Assembly (NCBI GenBank): GCA_965223265.1
Contig: OZ244999.1
Location: forward strand, 2,912,001-2,976,000
Origin: Planctomycetota bacterium
Lineage (GTDB): Bacteria; Planctomycetota; UBA8108; SXIK01
Reading direction: 5' to 3'
DNA length: 64,000 nt
This document shows positions 59,521 through 64,000 of this stretch, piece by piece. The position numbers and the translations under genes were made by a program. Numbering within the stretch: position 1 is the first letter of the stretch; every line of letters begins with the position of its first letter. Below the pieces are notes generated by a model, which had not been told where the DNA came from, searched no databases, and saw nothing but the letters and a program-made list of their open reading frames with translations.

Positions 59521-60723
59521 ATGCGAAGACGATTTGGCAATCACACCTTAACGGATTCGGCTTCTCACGCATCAGCACTGACGTTCTTCTTCGTGGCGCT
59601 TCTGCTCCCGGCCGCACCCGTCGTCAGCGCCGACGATGCCGCTGCGGCGACAGCGGCTCCAACGACGGAGGCGGATCGCGAGATTGGCAAGAAGGCCGCA
59701 GTCAAAAGCGAGTACATTCGCTTCATTCCCGGTCGACGTGGCGAGGGTGTCCTGAGCACTTCGATCGTGACCCTCGAACGGCCAAACGGGGTGCGGGTCG
59801 ACTTGGTGGCTGCGATCCACATCGCGGATCGTTCCTACTTTTCGCAGCTGCAGAAACGCTTCGAGTCCTACGATAGCGTCCTCTATGAGATGGTGAAGGA
59901 TCCAGACGTCGATCCGGGGCGTCGCCCTGCTGGCGGTGACAGTCTCCTCAGTCTCCTGCAACGCGGAATGAAGGAAACTCTCGAGCTCGAGTTTCAACTC
60001 GATGCGATCGACTACTCCGCCGCCAATTTTGTCCACGCTGATCTGGATCCCAAGACCTTCTTTCGGCTGCAGCGAGAACGCGGCGAGAATGTGCTGACGC
60101 TTTTGCTTCAGGGAATGAGGGCGGAACTTGACGCCCGTAAAAGCGGCGCGATCGAAACCGTCGGACCGGGGCAGCTTCTAGCGGCTCTTGCGAGCGAGGA
60201 TAGCGCCCGCGCCTTGAAGTTCGTATTCGCGAAACAGATGCAACACGCCGAGCTGATCCTCGCCGAGTTCGAGCCAGACACATCGCCGCAGGCGGCCGAC
60301 GCCGACGACCCGCCGGGGCCGGCTCGAGGCGCTGGCTCCGTACTTCTCACCGAGCGCAACAAAGCGGCGCTCCGCGTTCTCGAGAAGGAGCTGGAGAGTG
60401 GCAAGCGGCGGATTGCCATCTTCTACGGCGGTGGTCACATGCCGGATCTGCACGCACGACTCGTTCGGGAGTTCGGTTTTCGGCGCGTAGGGATTGAGTG
60501 GGTTGATGCGTGGAATATTCGAAAGAAGCCAAAAGCCTCACGATCCAAAGGGCTTTTCGGACGACTGTTGGGTGGCCGGGCGCGCCGCGACGACGATGCC
60601 GAGAGCGCCGATGTCGGCGAGGAGACGAAAGCGACCGACCCGGAGCAGGAGAACGAGGAGCCGACGGGGACGAAGCCGGAGGCGCGAGAGCTCCCGCCGA
60701 GCGCTGGGGCCTCTGCGAACTGA
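59521..60723 (+). CDS. Secreted hypothetical protein, TraB/GumN-like metal-binding motifs
   Basis: VDLVAAIHIAD..Y, VLYE, ERN, IFYGGGHMPD; acidic disordered tail. Confidence 0.55.
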   Translation: MRRRFGNHTLTDSASHASALTFFFVALLLPAAPVVSADDAAAATAAPTTEADREIGKKAAVKSEYIRFIPGRRGEGVLSTSIVTLERPNGVRVDLVAAIHIADRSYFSQLQKRFESYDSVLYEMVKDPDVDPGRRPAGGDSLLSLLQRGMKETLELEFQLDAIDYSAANFVHADLDPKTFFRLQRERGENVLTLLLQGMRAELDARKSGAIETVGPGQLLAALASEDSARALKFVFAKQMQHAELILAEFEPDTSPQAADADDPPGPARGAGSVLLTERNKAALRVLEKELESGKRRIAIFYGGGHMPDLHARLVREFGFRRVGIEWVDAWNIRKKPKASRSKGLFGRLLGGRARRDDDAESADVGEETKATDPEQENEEPTGTKPEARELPPSAGASAN

Positions 60724-60793
60724 GTGCGCTATTTCAGAAGTATTGATCGATGTGTTGGGGGCGATGCGAGTTGAAGAGATGAGGAAGGGCGAC

Positions 60794-61705
60794 ATGAGGA
60801 ACGACGTGACCCGCGCGAGCCAAGCCGGTGGTTGGACATTTATCATACTAGCGCTAGTGACTCTCGGTGGTGGCTGTAGTTCGGAGGCGCCACCGGCCGG
60901 AGTGTCGCCGGACGTCCAGCTCTCTGAGGTGATCGCGCACGTCCAAGGTGGCCGGCTCGCGGCTGCTTACGAGGCGTGGCTGCCCGCGTCTTACCGCTCC
61001 GATCTCGATCGAACGGTACAAGCGGTGGCCTCGCTCATCGACGCTGATGATTTCGCCCAGGTGACGGGGAGTCTGCGGTCGTCAGGGCGCCAACTCGCCG
61101 CCATGCTCAGTCTCAGTACGGAAGATGATGCTCTCGTTGCGCTCGCGAAGGCGAAGCTGGCCGATCTGCCTGCGACGCTTGGGCTGACCGAGTTCATCCG
61201 ACTTAAGGACCTCACGGCTCGCGACGCCATCGCAGCGCTTGATACGACTTTTTTTGGCGAGTTGATGCAGCTCGACGTTGTGCGCGAAAAGTTCGGACGA
61301 ATCGATGTACAGTTGAAGAAGCGGGAGCGCGATTGGGCTCAAGTTCTTGTCGTTTCGCACCGCGGGGAATCGCCGCAGGAGGAAGTGGTCGAACTGATTC
61401 GAGTCGACGGCAAGTGGCTTCCCAGTGGGTGGAGTCTCGATTGGGACAGGCAGGTGGAGGGCTGGCATGAAGCGATCGGCAAGGCGAAGGAGCTCAAGGA
61501 GACACAGCCCGAAGTTTATCGGACACATCTTGGCGAGGTCTGCAAGCGCCTTGCGAGTCCGTTCGAGTTGATGCAGGATTTCTTGCCCCGGATTGGCGAT
61601 GCCCTTGGCGTTGCGCCGTCCGAGGCTCCTGTGGCGGAAGCCTCGGGCGGCGAGGCCGTCAGGAAGCTGCCCGTTTGGCGGCCGAATCGAGTCGCAACGG
61701 AATAG
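60794..61705 (+). CDS. Hypothetical lipoprotein
   Basis: Hydrophobic stretch then GGGC lipobox; LPASY..D and VDGKWLP motifs. Confidence 0.55.
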   Translation: MRNDVTRASQAGGWTFIILALVTLGGGCSSEAPPAGVSPDVQLSEVIAHVQGGRLAAAYEAWLPASYRSDLDRTVQAVASLIDADDFAQVTGSLRSSGRQLAAMLSLSTEDDALVALAKAKLADLPATLGLTEFIRLKDLTARDAIAALDTTFFGELMQLDVVREKFGRIDVQLKKRERDWAQVLVVSHRGESPQEEVVELIRVDGKWLPSGWSLDWDRQVEGWHEAIGKAKELKETQPEVYRTHLGEVCKRLASPFELMQDFLPRIGDALGVAPSEAPVAEASGGEAVRKLPVWRPNRVATE

Positions 61706-61714
61706 GAGTGATGC

Positions 61715-61954
61715 ATGGACCAGCCAAAAATCGCAAGCACGAGCCCGACCGTCATCGAACTGGAACCTGGAACCTACTGGTGGTGTCACTGCGGCCTCTC
61801 CAAGGATCAGCCATTTTGCGACGGCTCGCACAGCGGGACGTCCTTCGGGCCAATGAAGGTCGACGTTGACGCGAAGAAGAAGGTCGCGCTGTGCAACTGC
61901 AAGCGCACCGGCGCGTCACCTTTTTGCGACGGCGCCCACGCACGGCTGCCCTGA
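61715..61954 (+). CDS. Two-motif CDGSH iron-sulfur protein
   Basis: WCHCGLS..QPFCDGSH and LCNCK....PFCDGAH; AGGAG RBS. Confidence 0.92.
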   Translation: MDQPKIASTSPTVIELEPGTYWWCHCGLSKDQPFCDGSHSGTSFGPMKVDVDAKKKVALCNCKRTGASPFCDGAHARLP

Positions 61955-62516
61955 TCCGACACTGCGCGCGGCGTCGTCCGTGGAGCTGCGGCCCTCAGGT
62001 GGCAGCGAGTCACCCGAGGTCCCCCCAACGTCGTGAGCTCCCGCACCGGGCGTGGGGCGGTTTTTCCGACGCCGGGGTTTACAGCCGCTCCAAGCTGCCG
62101 TTACAATCAATCGTTTCCCTGTTCGCGCGTTTCAGCGGAAATTCCAACGACCGTAGGGAGTATCGATGAGACTCCGGAGCTCGATTCTGATGACGCTATG
62201 TCTTGATCACAAGCATCATCTTGGGCCTCATCGTCGCTGCACGGCAGCCGTCCATGGCGATCCTGCCCATGGGCATCATCGAGCTCATTCGTCGCACCAT
62301 CGCCATCGCCCCTAATGGCGTCTGCGATGTTTGTGGACGATCCACGGCGAGCGTGGTGCTTCGCACTCGCCGATCCGCCAGCGAGCGGCCTGACGCCTAA
62401 AACGCTGCGCGGGTGCTCGCGGACGGTTTGATGGCACCGCGGCCGACCTTTCCGATCGCGTACGAGTGATCGCGTTTATTAACGAACAACTGAGTGATGA
62501 ATCGAGGCGAATCGTG

Positions 62517-63386
62517 ATGAAACTGCGTTTTGGTCTTCCGAAGGGCAGCCTCCAAGAGGCGACGTTCGGGCTCTTTAAGCTGGCTGGTTACAAGTTTAGC
62601 GTGTCGTCACGCTCCTATTTTCCGTCGACCGACGACGATGAGCTTGAGGCCATGCTCGTTCGTGCCCAGGAGATCGCGAGATATGTCGAAGATGGCATTT
62701 TTGATGTCGGACTGACAGGTAAGGACTGGATCATTGAAAACAGCGCCGACGTTGTCGAGGTGCTCGAGCTTTGCTACTCCAAGCAGTCCATGCGGCCGTG
62801 TCGCTGGGTTGTTGCGGTCCCCGAGAGTTCCGAGATTCGGACCGTCGCCGATCTCGCGGGCAAACGCATTGCGACCGAAGCTGTCAACCTCACGCGTCAG
62901 TACCTCGGCGACAACAACGTCGATGCGGAGGTCGAGTTCTCCTGGGGGGCGACCGAGGCGAAGACGCCGGAGCTCGTGGACGCGATCGTTGAGATCACCG
63001 AAACGGGTTCGTCGTTGCGTGCGAACAAACTGCGGATCGTCGACACGATCTTGACAACGACGCCGCGCCTGATCGCTAACAAGGCGAGCTGGGAGAGCGG
63101 CGAAAAACGCGCGAAGATTGAGAATATTGCACTTCTCCTTAAGGGCGCCCTCGAGGCGGAAGGGAGAGTTGGTCTCAAGCTCAACTGCCCGCGAAGCAAG
63201 GTCGACGAGATGATCGGTATTCTTCCAGCAATGAAGAGACCCACGCTTTCGGCGCTGGTCGAGGCTGACTGGGTGGCGCTGGAAACGATCCTGCGAGAGA
63301 CGGAGGTGCGCGAGATCCTGCCGCGACTGAAGAACGCCGGCGCCACGGACATCATCGAGTACCCTCTCAACAAGGTGATCTACTGA
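62517..63386 (+). CDS. hisG: ATP phosphoribosyltransferase, long form
   Basis: GLPKGSL, RAQEI, D.GLTG.DW, SWGATE, ETGSSL..N.L, C-terminal regulatory domain. Confidence 0.95.
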   Translation: MKLRFGLPKGSLQEATFGLFKLAGYKFSVSSRSYFPSTDDDELEAMLVRAQEIARYVEDGIFDVGLTGKDWIIENSADVVEVLELCYSKQSMRPCRWVVAVPESSEIRTVADLAGKRIATEAVNLTRQYLGDNNVDAEVEFSWGATEAKTPELVDAIVEITETGSSLRANKLRIVDTILTTTPRLIANKASWESGEKRAKIENIALLLKGALEAEGRVGLKLNCPRSKVDEMIGILPAMKRPTLSALVEADWVALETILRETEVREILPRLKNAGATDIIEYPLNKVIY

Positions 63387-63410
63387 GCGCGATCCGCTGA
63401 AGGTGGACTC

Positions 63411-64000
63411 ATGGCCGAGTGCCGCGAAGAACGAAACATTACGACCATCGTCGAAGGTGTCATTTCGAGCGTTCGAGATCAGGGCGACGACGCTCTGTGC
63501 GAGTTCGCGTCGCGTTGGGACGGTGTGAGGTTGACGCCGAAGATGCTTCGCGTACCGTCTGCCGCGATCGGGTCAGCATCCGTCGACACTGAATTCGCCG
63601 CGGCATTTCGCCACGCGGTTGACCGTATTCGCAAGTTTCATGAGCAGGTCAAGCCACGGAGCGTTTTCGTTGAGGATGCCGCCGACGGAGTGCGCCTTGG
63701 GCTGCGCTGGACGCCGGTCCGATCCGTCGGCCTTTATGTTCCCGGTGGCAAGGCGAGCTATCCGTCGACATTGGCGATGACTGCGGTGCCGGCACAAATC
63801 GCGGGCGTGCAGCGCATTGCCGTGGTGTCGCCGCCGGGGCCGAATGGCGAGGTCTCGGATCAGGTGCTCACAGCGGCACGGATTCTTGGTCTCAAGGAGA
63901 TCTACCGCGTCGGTGGTGCACAGGCAGTGGCGGCGCTGGCGATCGGTACTGAGGCGATACCACGAGTCGACAAGATTTTTGGGCCTGGAAATGCTTTCGT
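63411..64000 (+). CDS. hisD: Histidinol dehydrogenase, 5' part (runs off window)
   Basis: VRDQGDDAL, VGLYVPGGKASYPST, VPAQIAGV, GGAQAVAALA.GT, DKIFGPGN. Confidence 0.95.
   Translation, partial: MAECREERNITTIVEGVISSVRDQGDDALCEFASRWDGVRLTPKMLRVPSAAIGSASVDTEFAAAFRHAVDRIRKFHEQVKPRSVFVEDAADGVRLGLRWTPVRSVGLYVPGGKASYPSTLAMTAVPAQIAGVQRIAVVSPPGPNGEVSDQVLTAARILGLKEIYRVGGAQAVAALAIGTEAIPRVDKIFGPGNAF

Noticed and set aside
62203-62400. 65-aa ORF with hydrophobic start and CDVC
   Set aside because: TTG start, no clear RBS, no recognisable family; cannot be supported

Overview
GC-rich bacterial chromosomal window, very probably Planctomycetota (DUF1553/DUF1501/PPC cluster, HEAT protein with a W-x-x-W-W motif, dockerin-like C-terminus, FGE-domain Ser/Thr kinase). 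It is mostly housekeeping and metabolic genes: cysCDN divergent from metH, glgA-like, mrp-DUF971, an IDH-type dehydrogenase, rpsU, hisG and a partial hisD. Many secreted or lipoprotein genes of unknown function are interspersed. Points the ORF track does not show: (i) a 57-aa Flp/type IVb pilin gene (49400-49573, minus) sitting among copies of a ~160-bp hairpin MITE and upstream of a GT-C-like membrane protein; (ii) that MITE family occurs four times, three with their own 4-bp target duplications; (iii) a second ~150-bp inverted-repeat element containing a degenerate hammerhead-like core; (iv) a 4-hydroxybenzoyl-CoA-reductase-like hcrCAB operon translationally coupled to a FabZ-like dehydratase; (v) an SMP-30 lactonase fused to an aldos-2-ulose-dehydratase-like propeller; (vi) an intergenic (GGGAAC)x~13 tract with G-quadruplex potential; (vii) a four-lipoprotein LpoB/LpoB/TPR/YcfL-like cluster. 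No tRNA, rRNA, CRISPR array or transposase gene was seen. All family calls come from reading motifs by eye, not from database searches.
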